Of a stretch of DNA of 32,000 bases, positions 8,578 to 17,091 are shown in pieces (the stretch's first letter is position 1; each line of letters opens with the position of its first letter). The stretch lies in contig NZ_JBHSTI010000008.1 of NCBI RefSeq assembly GCF_042660085.1, positions 570,001 through 602,000 of the forward strand, in the 5' to 3' direction. This DNA is from Longivirga aurantiaca (GTDB lineage: Bacteria > Actinomycetota > Actinomycetes > S36-B12 > CAIYMF01). The notes under the pieces are model-generated. The model had not been told where the DNA came from and made no database searches. It saw nothing but the letters and a program-made list of their open reading frames with translations. The translations under genes were made by a program, and so were the position numbers.

Positions 8578-9903
8578 GTGATCGCCACCAGCCCGCTTCC
8601 CGACGTCGAGATCCCAGAGATCGGGCTGACCGATTTCGTTCTGGCGAGGGCCCCCCTGCTGGCGGACAAGCCGGCGCTGATCGACGGCCCGTCCGGACGC
8701 GTCATCACCTACGGCGAGCTGGAGAGCGGCATCCGCTCGCTCGCAGCCGGCCTCGTGGAGCGGGGGTTCGGCCGTGGCAGCGTGCTGGCTCTGATGGCTC
8801 CCAACGTCCCCGAGTTCGGCGTCGTGTTCCACGCCGCTGCATACGCAGGCGGGACCGTCACGACCATCAGCCCGACGTACACGGCTGAGGAAACGAGGTC
8901 CCACCTGCGGGATTCCCGAGCAACGGTGCTGGTCGCTGCCTTCCCCTACCTCGAGACGGCATCGGCGGCGGCCGAGGGCACCCACGTCACGTCGGTCTAC
9001 GCGCTGGGTGATGGGGGAGGGGCGGAGCCGATCGCCTCGTTGTCGAGCAGCCCGCTCCAGAAGCACGCCGTGGTGCAGCCGGACGACGTCGTCGCGCTTC
9101 CCTACTCATCCGGCACCACCGGCCGGAACAAGAGGGTGATGCTCACCCACCGCAATCTGGTCGCCAACATCGCCCAGGTGGCGGCTGCGGCCCAGGTGCG
9201 CGAGGACGAGGCCTTCATGGCGGTCCTTCCGTTCTTCCACATCTACGGCATGCAGGTGCTCATGAACACCGGCCTGCGCGCGGGCGCCACCATCGTGACC
9301 ATGCCGCGCTTCGACCTCGAGCATCTCCTGGCGCTTCACTCCCGGTACCGCGTCACCCGCTCGTTCGTCGCCCCGCCGATCGTCGTGGCCCTGGCCAAGT
9401 ACCCGTCCGTCGCACACTACGACCTCTCGGCTCTCGAGCAGGTGCTCTCGGGCGCGGCGCCGTTGTCGGCCGACCTCGCCCGCGAGGCTGCGGCCAGGAT
9501 CGGCTGCGAGGTCGTCCAGGGCTACGGGATGACGGAGCTGTCTCCGGTCTCGCACGTGACGGCGCCCGGCGACTTCAGGCCCGGTTCGGTGGGTGTGACG
9601 GTCTCGAACACCGAGTGCAGGGTGATCGACGTGGCCACCGGCGCACCCCTCGGGCTGGGCCAGGACGGCGAGACCTGCGTCCGCGGTCCGCAGGTGATGC
9701 TCGGCTACCTCGGCAACCCGGAGGCGACGGTGGGCATCCTGGACACGGACGGATGGCTGCACACCGGCAACATCGGCCACGTCGATGCCGACGGTCACCT
9801 CTACATCGTCGACCGGCTCAAGGAGCTCATCAAGTACAACGGGTTCCAGGTGCCGCCGGCCGAACTGGAGGCCGTGCTCAGGAGCCCCAACATCCACGTC
9901 TGA
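8578..9903 (+). CDS. AMP-dependent acyl-CoA synthetase/ligase, 4-coumarate-CoA-ligase-like, truncated at the C-terminus
   Basis: GTG start preceded by AGGAGGAG. P-loop LPYSSGTTGRNKRVMLTHRNL, GYGMTELSPV, GWLHTGNIGHVDADGHLYIVDRLKELIKYNGFQVPPAELEAVLRSPNIHV*. ORF stops just after the hinge. Confidence 0.88.
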   Translation: MIATSPLPDVEIPEIGLTDFVLARAPLLADKPALIDGPSGRVITYGELESGIRSLAAGLVERGFGRGSVLALMAPNVPEFGVVFHAAAYAGGTVTTISPTYTAEETRSHLRDSRATVLVAAFPYLETASAAAEGTHVTSVYALGDGGGAEPIASLSSSPLQKHAVVQPDDVVALPYSSGTTGRNKRVMLTHRNLVANIAQVAAAAQVREDEAFMAVLPFFHIYGMQVLMNTGLRAGATIVTMPRFDLEHLLALHSRYRVTRSFVAPPIVVALAKYPSVAHYDLSALEQVLSGAAPLSADLAREAAARIGCEVVQGYGMTELSPVSHVTAPGDFRPGSVGVTVSNTECRVIDVATGAPLGLGQDGETCVRGPQVMLGYLGNPEATVGILDTDGWLHTGNIGHVDADGHLYIVDRLKELIKYNGFQVPPAELEAVLRSPNIHV

Positions 9904-9958
9904 GCTCCAAGTGCGGCCTCGGCAGCTGCATCACGACCACTGTCGGATGCGGCATCGA

Positions 9959-10087
9959 CTGTCGACAGACTGCGCTCTGCCTCGGCGCGATCGAAGAGCG
10001 TCTCCGCCCATCTGGGTAGCGAAAAGGGCTTGACATGTACTCCATCTGTCGACAGTCTTTCGCTCGCGCACTCAACTGTCGACAGTT
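9959..10087. promoter_or_regulatory. Three copies of the palindrome CTGTCGACAG upstream of the GntR gene
   Basis: CTGTCGACAG at 9959-9968, 10046-10055 and 10076-10085 (the last extends to AACTGTCGACAGTT at 10074-10087). TTGACA at 10030-10035 gives a candidate -35. Confidence 0.7.
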
Positions 10088-10099
10088 TGGGAGGTCCTC

Positions 10100-10936
10100 A
10101 TGGAGCGCTCGGCGCGTGAAACCGCGGCACCGATCATCCCGCTGACGTCCAGCGCGATCGGCGGCCGCGAGGATGCCCCCGCTGACGATCGTGGCCCCAG
10201 CCGCATCGAGTGGGTGCACGACAAGCTGCGTGACCGCATCCTCACCGGAAACCTCGCGCCTGGAACGGTCGTCTCCCAGGCCGCTCTGGCGCGCGAGCTC
10301 GGCCTGTCGCGCGCCCCAATCCGCGAGGCGCTGCGCCGGCTCGAGGGCGAGGGCCTCGTGGAGTCCCGGCACAACCAGAGGGTCCAGATCGCTGATCTGT
10401 CGATCAGCGACATGGAGGAGATCTACGCCTCCCGCATCGCCATCGAGACGCTCGCGGTTCGCTTCACGGTCCCACGCCTGACGAAGGACGACGTGGCCGA
10501 GATGAAGCACGCATGGACGGCGATGCGCGAGAGCGCCGAGAAGCAGGACCGCAGCCGTTGGTCGGTCGAGCACACGCGCTTCCACATGGTGGCCCTGTCC
10601 CCGGTCGGACCCCGACTGACCGCGCAGATCGCCCAGCTCGATGACCACGCAGGTCGCTACCGAGCCCTCTACATGACGCAGGTCAACGCCTCGTGGGACT
10701 CCATTCTCACGCAGGACGCGGCGATCATCGACGCGGTCGAGAGCAGCGACCTGGACGCCGTCGTCGACCGCTGGGCGCGGCACGTCGCGAGCACGGTGCT
10801 GTCGACCATCGCCGTGGTCGACCCCACGCACGACGCACGACTGGTCCGGGCAGCCCTGCAGAACTCGCTGTCGGCCCCGAGCCGCGACACCGCCGGCAGC
10901 CACACGGCTGCCCGCCCTGGCGCATCGGAGGCCTGA
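10100..10936 (+). CDS. GntR family regulator with FCD-type ligand domain
   Basis: 278 aa; wHTH DKLRDRILTGNLAPGTVVSQAALARELGLSRAPIREALRRLEGEGLVESRHNQRVQIADLS followed by an all-helical FCD-like domain. Confidence 0.92.
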   Translation: MERSARETAAPIIPLTSSAIGGREDAPADDRGPSRIEWVHDKLRDRILTGNLAPGTVVSQAALARELGLSRAPIREALRRLEGEGLVESRHNQRVQIADLSISDMEEIYASRIAIETLAVRFTVPRLTKDDVAEMKHAWTAMRESAEKQDRSRWSVEHTRFHMVALSPVGPRLTAQIAQLDDHAGRYRALYMTQVNASWDSILTQDAAIIDAVESSDLDAVVDRWARHVASTVLSTIAVVDPTHDARLVRAALQNSLSAPSRDTAGSHTAARPGASEA

Positions 10937-10937
10937 A

Positions 10938-12680
10938 GTGTTCGGCCCGGGCTGGAGCCTCTCGCCGCGCGCCTACCGCGTGGTGCGGGAGCGAATCAGC
11001 ATCCCCGTCTCCGGCGGCGTGGATCTCGCCGCAACGGTGTTCAGGCCGGACGACGACGGGCAGTTCCCCGTGATACTCGGCGTCCACGCCTACGACGGGG
11101 CGATGCAGTCGACGCCGTCCATGCCGCAGGCGTTGCAGGGTGCCAACGCGCAGGCGGAGGCCGGCGACCCGCGCTTCTACGCGCGCCGCGGCTACGTCCA
11201 CGTGATCGTGAACGCCCGGGGGACAGGCGGTTCGGGCGGCACCTACCAGCACTACGGCCCGCGCGACGTGGACGACGTCGTCGAGGTCATAGCCTGGCTC
11301 GCTCGTCAGCGCTGGTCGACAGGGCGCGTGGGCATGTTCGGGATGTCGTACTTCTCCGTGGCGGCCAAGCAGGTGGCGGCGCGCAACCCCGAGGCGCTCA
11401 AGGCTGTGTTCGCGCCCTACGGCTACACCGACTTCTACCGCGACAAGTTCTTCCACGGCGGGATCCTCGCCCGATCGTTCGTGACGTCGTGGAGCAGCCA
11501 CCTGGCCGGAGTGCGGGTCGAGGGCTGGTCGCGACGCAATCTCGGCGATGGCGAGTTCGGCCGCAGGCTCGAGGAGCTCCGTGCCGACGCGGACATCATG
11601 GCCGTCGCCCAGCTCGCGGCGGCCATCGCAGCGCCCGACGAGGGCCCGAATCCGCTCATCGTCGACGTGCTCTTGAACCCGCTCGACGGACCGTACTGGG
11701 CAGAGCGCAACCCCGACCTCTCGGCCGTGCAGGTACCCATCGTCCTCGGCGGCTGCTGGGGGATGTACGGCCTGCACCTGCCGGGCGAGTTCCGGGCCTG
11801 GGAGCGGATCACCGCGCCGAAGAAGCTGTTCGTCGGCCCGCCGATCTACGTCGACCGGCCGGTCTACCAGTACGCGCAGGAGTCGCTGCGCTGGTTCGAT
11901 CACTGGCTCAAGGACAACGACACCGGCTACCTCGACGAGGCGCCGATCCAGCTGTTCCTCCCCGGGTCGGACGGGGAGTGGATCGAGGCCGAGCAGTGGC
12001 CGCTCCCTCAGACGCGCTGGCAATCGTTCTACCTGCACCGCGACGGCCTGCTCTCCGAGCACGAGCACTGGCCGCACGAGGGCGCGACGAGCTACGAGGA
12101 CAACACGTTCAACAAGCGCGGGGCCATCACCTTCACGACGCCACCGCTGGTCGAGCGCACGACGATCCTCGGCCACGCCACCCTCACGCTGCACGCGGCC
12201 ACGACGGACGACGAGCTGCTCGTGTTCGCGAGCATGTGGCTCGTCGACGCCGACGGCAGCCGCTCAATGCTCACCCGCGGCTGGCTGCGCGGGTCGATGC
12301 GCACGGTGAACCGCGAGCTGTCCAAGCCTTGGCTCGTCCACCACGACTTCACCGACCGCAAGCCCCTCGAGCCCGACACCATCCACGAGCTCGAGCTCAA
12401 CATCGCTCCCACCGCGATCGTCCTCCATCCCGGCCAGCGGCTCGAGCTGCAGATCAGCTCATCGGACGAGGACGACGCAGGGACGTTCATGGACTTGATC
12501 TCGCAGGGGCACTTGCTTCGGCAGAGCCCCTCGTGGATCAGCGTCTACCACGACGAGGACCACCCCTCGACGCTGCGGCTCCCGGTGATCGAGGGCAACC
12601 GCATCGGCACCTACCTCTCGGGCGGCGTCCCGGCCCGGCCCAGCGCCGGACCTGTCCGGAGCAGCACGAACGAATGGTGA
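10938..12680 (+). CDS. CocE/NonD family hydrolase
   Basis: 580 aa, GTG start. ISIPVSGGVDLAATVFRP, GRVGMFGMSYFSVAAKQVAA nucleophile region, C-terminal jelly-roll-like LVHHDFTDRKPLEPDTIHELELNIAPTAIVLHPGQRLELQISSSDE. Confidence 0.88.
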   Translation: MFGPGWSLSPRAYRVVRERISIPVSGGVDLAATVFRPDDDGQFPVILGVHAYDGAMQSTPSMPQALQGANAQAEAGDPRFYARRGYVHVIVNARGTGGSGGTYQHYGPRDVDDVVEVIAWLARQRWSTGRVGMFGMSYFSVAAKQVAARNPEALKAVFAPYGYTDFYRDKFFHGGILARSFVTSWSSHLAGVRVEGWSRRNLGDGEFGRRLEELRADADIMAVAQLAAAIAAPDEGPNPLIVDVLLNPLDGPYWAERNPDLSAVQVPIVLGGCWGMYGLHLPGEFRAWERITAPKKLFVGPPIYVDRPVYQYAQESLRWFDHWLKDNDTGYLDEAPIQLFLPGSDGEWIEAEQWPLPQTRWQSFYLHRDGLLSEHEHWPHEGATSYEDNTFNKRGAITFTTPPLVERTTILGHATLTLHAATTDDELLVFASMWLVDADGSRSMLTRGWLRGSMRTVNRELSKPWLVHHDFTDRKPLEPDTIHELELNIAPTAIVLHPGQRLELQISSSDEDDAGTFMDLISQGHLLRQSPSWISVYHDEDHPSTLRLPVIEGNRIGTYLSGGVPARPSAGPVRSSTNEW

Positions 12681-12723
12681 CCCCGACCCCTCGACCGTCC
12701 GGCCCACCCCAGGAGGACCAACG

Positions 12724-13824
12724 ATGATCACGCCGTGGCTGTTCGACATCTTCAACTACCCCTTCGACGCCTCCCCCGGCAGCTTCGACGCCAAGGCACT
12801 GCAGGACCTCTACGACTGGCACCTCGAGTCGTGGGAGGTCGCCGAGCAGGCCGGTTTCGAGGGCCTGTTCTTCAGCGAGCACCACTTCACGCCGTACTCG
12901 GTCAGCCCGTCGCCCAACCTGCTCATCGCGGCGGCGGCCCAGCGGACGACGAAGATGCGTCTCGGCGTGATGGGCAACATCGTGCCGCTGCACAACCCCC
13001 GGCGCCTCGCCGAGGAGTACGCGATGCTCGACTACCTCAGCCACGGCCGGCTCGAGATCGGCATCGGCCGCGGCGTGGACGAGAAGGAGTTCGGCCGCGA
13101 GGGCATCCCGATGGCGGAGACCCGTCCCCGATTCGAGGAGGGCTTGCGCCTCATCGAGAGCATGCTCTACAACCCGGTGTTCACCCATGAGGGCACCTAC
13201 GCCACCTACGAGCCCACGACGATGTGGCCGCCGCCCCTCGACCGCGACCGCCGCCGCATGTGGATCACGGCGCTCAGCCCGCAGACCATCCAGTGGTGCG
13301 GCACGAACGGCTACAACATCGCGACCGCCTTCCAGCCGACGGCGCAGCTGCGCGCTGTGAACGACGCCTACAAGGAGGCGGCGAAGGCGGCCGGCCAGCC
13401 TCACGGGCCGGACTCCACGATGATCCTGCGCAACGTCTACGTCGGCGAGACCGACGAGGAGGCGCGCCGCATCGCCGAGCCCGCGCTCAACCGCATGTTC
13501 GGCCTCTACAAGGAGGCCGTCATGTTCCAGGACCTCGACCACATCCCGGACGGCTACGACAGCCAGTTCTACGAGTCGTTCTTCCGCCCCTTCGCCGGCG
13601 ACGGCCCCGTGTACTGGGACGCGCTCATCGACCTCGGCATCTTCGTGGTCGGATCGCCTGACACCGTACGCGAGTCGCTGATCAAGCAGGCGCAGGAGCT
13701 CGGCACCAGCAACATCCTCATGTGGGCGTCGTTCGGCTCGCTCACCAAGGAGGAAACCATCAGCTCCTACCGGCTCCTCGGCGAGCATGTGATCCCGGCC
13801 CTCCGCGAGGCCGAGGTCGTCTGA
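12724..13824 (+). CDS. LLM-class (luciferase-like) flavin-dependent monooxygenase
   Basis: 366 aa; GFEGLFFSEHHFTPYSVSPSPNLLIAAAAQRTTKMRLGVMGNIVPLHNPRRLAEEYAMLDYLSHGRLEIGIGRG. Confidence 0.92.
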   Translation: MITPWLFDIFNYPFDASPGSFDAKALQDLYDWHLESWEVAEQAGFEGLFFSEHHFTPYSVSPSPNLLIAAAAQRTTKMRLGVMGNIVPLHNPRRLAEEYAMLDYLSHGRLEIGIGRGVDEKEFGREGIPMAETRPRFEEGLRLIESMLYNPVFTHEGTYATYEPTTMWPPPLDRDRRRMWITALSPQTIQWCGTNGYNIATAFQPTAQLRAVNDAYKEAAKAAGQPHGPDSTMILRNVYVGETDEEARRIAEPALNRMFGLYKEAVMFQDLDHIPDGYDSQFYESFFRPFAGDGPVYWDALIDLGIFVVGSPDTVRESLIKQAQELGTSNILMWASFGSLTKEETISSYRLLGEHVIPALREAEVV

Positions 13825-13874
13825 GCCGCGACGCCGGGCCGTCCTTCCTGAGGGCCCGGCACGCAGGCACCCGC

Positions 13875-13910
13875 CACCGGCTGCGACGGCTTCGCCCGTC
13901 GCAGCCGGTG
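13875..13910 (+). terminator. Strong intercistronic hairpin
   Basis: CACCGGCTGCGACGG-CTTCGC-CCGTCGCAGCCGGTG, 15 bp perfect stem between the LLM monooxygenase and flavin reductase genes. Confidence 0.65.
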
Positions 13911-13941
13911 GGCCCCGGCACACCTCTGCCCAGGAGAGCCC

Positions 13942-14523
13942 ATGTCCCTCCCCACCCTTGCCCGCCCGACGGAGACGACGGTGCCCAGCCCCCGGCCCGA
14001 GCCCACCCCGCACGCGCTGGGCCCTGACGATTTCCGCGACGCGTTCCGGCACCACCCCGGCGGCGTCGCCCTGGTGACCGCGCTCGGGGAGCACGCGCCG
14101 GCAGCGCTCACGGCCACCTCGCTGACGTCGATCAGCGCCGACCCCGCGGTGCTCGCCTTCTCGGTGTCGCACGCGTCGTCGGCGGCGCCGACGATCCTGG
14201 CCGCGGGCACCGTCGTCGTGCACCTGCTCGATGCCTCGACCGTGCACCTGGCCAAGCTGGGCGCGACCAGCGGCATCGACCGGTTCGCCGACACGTCGCT
14301 CTGGACCACCCTGCCCACGGGCGAGCCGGTCTTCCGGGGCACCCGCTGGCTGCGCGCCCGCGTCCTCGACCGTGTCGACGCCGGCGCCGCGACCCTCGTC
14401 CTCGCCGAGCCCCTGGAGTGCGACCTCGGGTCCGACGACGTCGGGGAGGGCTGCGTCCGCGAGGGCCTCGTCTACCTCAACCGCACCTGGCACCGCCTCG
14501 GCGACGCCAGCCGGCTGGACTGA
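13942..14523 (+). CDS. Flavin reductase-like FMN-binding protein
   Basis: 193 aa; FRDAFRHHPGGVALVTALGEHAPAALTATSLTSISADPAVLAFSVS...FRGTRWLRARVLDRVDAGAATLVLAEPLE; AGGAGAG before the ATG. Confidence 0.87.
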   Translation: MSLPTLARPTETTVPSPRPEPTPHALGPDDFRDAFRHHPGGVALVTALGEHAPAALTATSLTSISADPAVLAFSVSHASSAAPTILAAGTVVVHLLDASTVHLAKLGATSGIDRFADTSLWTTLPTGEPVFRGTRWLRARVLDRVDAGAATLVLAEPLECDLGSDDVGEGCVREGLVYLNRTWHRLGDASRLD

Positions 14524-14530
14524 GGGCGGC

Positions 14531-15358
14531 ATGAAGGTCGCAGCTCTCGACGGCCGCCTCACGATCAGCGTCGACGACCGATGGGTCGACGTCGCCGACG
14601 CCAGCCATGGCCGATTCTCCCCCGATCCCATGGGCGCCTACGAGCGCTGGGACGAGCTGCTTGCATGGTCGACGTCGGCCGAGGCGTCGTCCGGCCCCAC
14701 CGCCGTGGGTTCGCCCGGCGTGCCGGTCCCACGGCCCCGGCAGATGTTCGCGATCGGGCTCAACTACCGCGAGCACGCGGCCGAGTCGGGCTTCGACATC
14801 CCCGAGCACCCGGTGGTCTTCGGCAAGTTCCAGTCGTCGCTCACCGGTCAGGGGGCCACCGTGAGGCTGCCCAGCGACGGCGTCGACTGGGAGGTCGAGC
14901 TCGTCGTCGTCATCGGGCACGAGGCGCACCAGGTAGCGCCGGAGAAGGCCTGGGACCACGTCGCCGGCCTCACCATCGGGCAGGACCTGTCGTGGCGGGC
15001 CGTGCAGACTCGCGGCCCTGCGCCGCAGTTCTCGATCGGCAAGTCCTACCCCGGCTTCAGCCCGGTGGGGCCTTGGGTGGTCACTTCCGACGAGCTCGAC
15101 GACCGCGACGACCTGCGCATCTCGTGCAGTCTCGACGGCGAGGTGCTGCAGGACGGCCGGACCTCTGACCTCATCTTCCCCGTGGCCGACCTCGTCAGCA
15201 GGCTCTCCTCCTCCCTCACGCTCTACCCCGGCGACCTCATCTTCACCGGCACCCCCTCCGGCGTGGGCATCGGCCGCGATCCGCGCCGCTTCCTCGTGCC
15301 CGGGACCCTCGTCAGCTCCATCGAGGGGCTCGGAGAGCTCTCGATCAGCCTCGTCTGA
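14531..15358 (+). CDS. Fumarylacetoacetate hydrolase (FAH) family protein
   Basis: Start MKVAALDGRLT inside ORF 14231..15358; FAIGLNYREHAAESG, DWEVELVVVIG, LIFTGTPSGVGIG. Confidence 0.92.
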   Translation: MKVAALDGRLTISVDDRWVDVADASHGRFSPDPMGAYERWDELLAWSTSAEASSGPTAVGSPGVPVPRPRQMFAIGLNYREHAAESGFDIPEHPVVFGKFQSSLTGQGATVRLPSDGVDWEVELVVVIGHEAHQVAPEKAWDHVAGLTIGQDLSWRAVQTRGPAPQFSIGKSYPGFSPVGPWVVTSDELDDRDDLRISCSLDGEVLQDGRTSDLIFPVADLVSRLSSSLTLYPGDLIFTGTPSGVGIGRDPRRFLVPGTLVSSIEGLGELSISLV

Positions 15359-15369
15359 ATGGATTCGCC

Positions 15370-16287
15370 ATGGCACTGCACCGCCTCAGCTCGTTCACCT
15401 TCGAGGTACCCGACCCTGATGCCGTGGTGGCCTACTACGTCGAGTTCGGCCTCACCGACAACGGCGACGGCTCGATGTCGACCACCGACGGAGGCCGCCA
15501 GCTCCATGTGCGGCAGGGCAATCGACGCCGCATCAGCGAGCTCGTGGTCGGCGCCGACGACGAGGACGACCTCGGCCGCGTGGCGGCGTCCCTGGCGGCC
15601 CAAGGGTTCGGCGTGCAGACGTACGAGGGCGCGGTGCGGTCGATCGAGCCGGTGACCGGCACGGTCGTCAGCGTGGTCGTCGAGCCGCTGGCGGAACAGC
15701 CAGCACGCACACCGCCGGGCTACAACGGCCCGGGGGAGGTGGTTCGCACCAACTCCCGGGCCGACGGCGCCTCCAGCGTCGAGCGCGTCACGCCGCGACG
15801 CCTCGGGCATGTGGTTCTCGGCACCACCGATGCCGAGACCACGCAGCGGTTCTTCGTGGAGGGCGTGGGTTTCAAGGTGAGCGACCGCGCCGGTGTAGGC
15901 GCGTTCCTGCGCTGCAGCACCGACCACCACAACCTACTCGTGATGGGGTCCCCGGCCGTCTACCCCCACCACACGTCGTGGCAGGTCGACGACGTCGACC
16001 AGATCGGCCGCGGTGCGATGGACATGCTGGAGGGCCACCCCGAGCGGCACGTGTGGGGCCTCGGGCGCCACTACGCCGGCTCGAACTTCTTCTGGTACCT
16101 GAAGGACCCGGCGGGCACATTCAGCGAGTACTACTCAGACATGGACTGCATCGTCGACGACAGTCTCTGGAGCCCCGAGTCCGTCGAGGGGGCGAGGGGG
16201 CTGTTCCGATGGGGACCGCCGCCGCCCGCGTCCTTCCTCGACCCCGAGGACATCGCCGCCCACATCGTCGGAGCCCACGCACGGTAG
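15370..16287 (+). CDS. Second VOC/extradiol dioxygenase family protein
   Basis: 305 aa; two VOC-like halves; RLGHVVLGTTDAETTQRFF, HHNLLVMGSPAVYPHHTSWQVDDVDQIG, WYLKDPAGTFSEYYSDMD. Confidence 0.83.
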   Translation: MALHRLSSFTFEVPDPDAVVAYYVEFGLTDNGDGSMSTTDGGRQLHVRQGNRRRISELVVGADDEDDLGRVAASLAAQGFGVQTYEGAVRSIEPVTGTVVSVVVEPLAEQPARTPPGYNGPGEVVRTNSRADGASSVERVTPRRLGHVVLGTTDAETTQRFFVEGVGFKVSDRAGVGAFLRCSTDHHNLLVMGSPAVYPHHTSWQVDDVDQIGRGAMDMLEGHPERHVWGLGRHYAGSNFFWYLKDPAGTFSEYYSDMDCIVDDSLWSPESVEGARGLFRWGPPPPASFLDPEDIAAHIVGAHAR

Positions 16288-16546
16288 CCAGTCTGCGGCC
16301 TTGCCGACGCGTCTCTCCGTCGACCGACTGTCGCACAGCCTGGTTGGCCACCTTGACCTGGCCTATGGCGACCTGACATGGGCTTCCCCGACGAATCACG
16401 ACCCTCGACCCGGCTCGAAGTGCGGGCAGGTGGTGCCCAGACCGGCCTGACCTGCAGGAACACGTGGGTGCATGACGCCCAGACTCTGGGCACGCAAGGT
16501 CCCCCCGCTACTCCCAGGTGACGACCGAGGTACTGGTTTCCACTGA

Positions 16547-16584
16547 CAGAGGGTCCGCCCGGATTCGTCCGGGCGGACCCTCTG
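16547..16584. terminator. Strong hairpin between the catabolic cluster and downstream DNA
   Basis: CAGAGGGTCCGCCCGG-ATTCGT-CCGGGCGGACCCTCTG, 16 bp perfect stem. Confidence 0.75.
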
Positions 16585-17091
16585 CGTTGTGCGGACCGGA
16601 TCACGGCCACCGGGGTCGGTTCGGGGCATGCGAAGAGGCCCGCCACATGCGTGTGGTGGGCCTCCGGTCGTTCGTGGGCAGGGCTTCGCCTGCTCCTTGC
16701 TGGTGCGTCGCCTTCGCCGTCGCGTTCGGGCTGCTGTCGAGGACGGCGCTCATGCGGCCGGCGCCCGCGCCGGCGGGCTCGCGGTCACTCGGCGGACTCG
16801 GCCCTTCGCGGGCAGCGGCATGCGGGAGCTGCAGGCCACGGCGGCGGCCGCGTCGAGCTTGCGGGTCCGGTCGCGGTTGGCCCGCCACGCCTGGACGGCG
16901 GCGAGGTTGAGGGCCGCGACGACGAACGAGACCATGACGGACACCTTCGCCCGGGAATTTGCGGCTGCGCTGAGTGCTTCGCGGGGGAGGTCTCAAGGCA
17001 GGGGGGAGGAGCACGGGCCCGGCCGAACCGCACAGAACACCGCTCTGCACGTCGGTTTCGCGACTCAGGGACCCACGCCGGGGGCGATGGC

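Noticed and set aside
10725-12194. 489 aa minus-strand ORF opposite the CocE/NonD hydrolase
   Set aside because: No family signature; overlaps a strongly supported + strand CDS.
12538-14631. 697 aa minus-strand ORF across the LLM monooxygenase and flavin reductase
   Set aside because: Shadow ORF with G/R/E/H-rich, low-information sequence; opposite-strand genes have clear motifs and RBSs.
16316-16340. CCGACTGTCGCACAG as a fourth copy of the CTGTCGACAG operator
   Set aside because: Only a half-site match (CTGTCG) with an imperfect second half; too degenerate to call.
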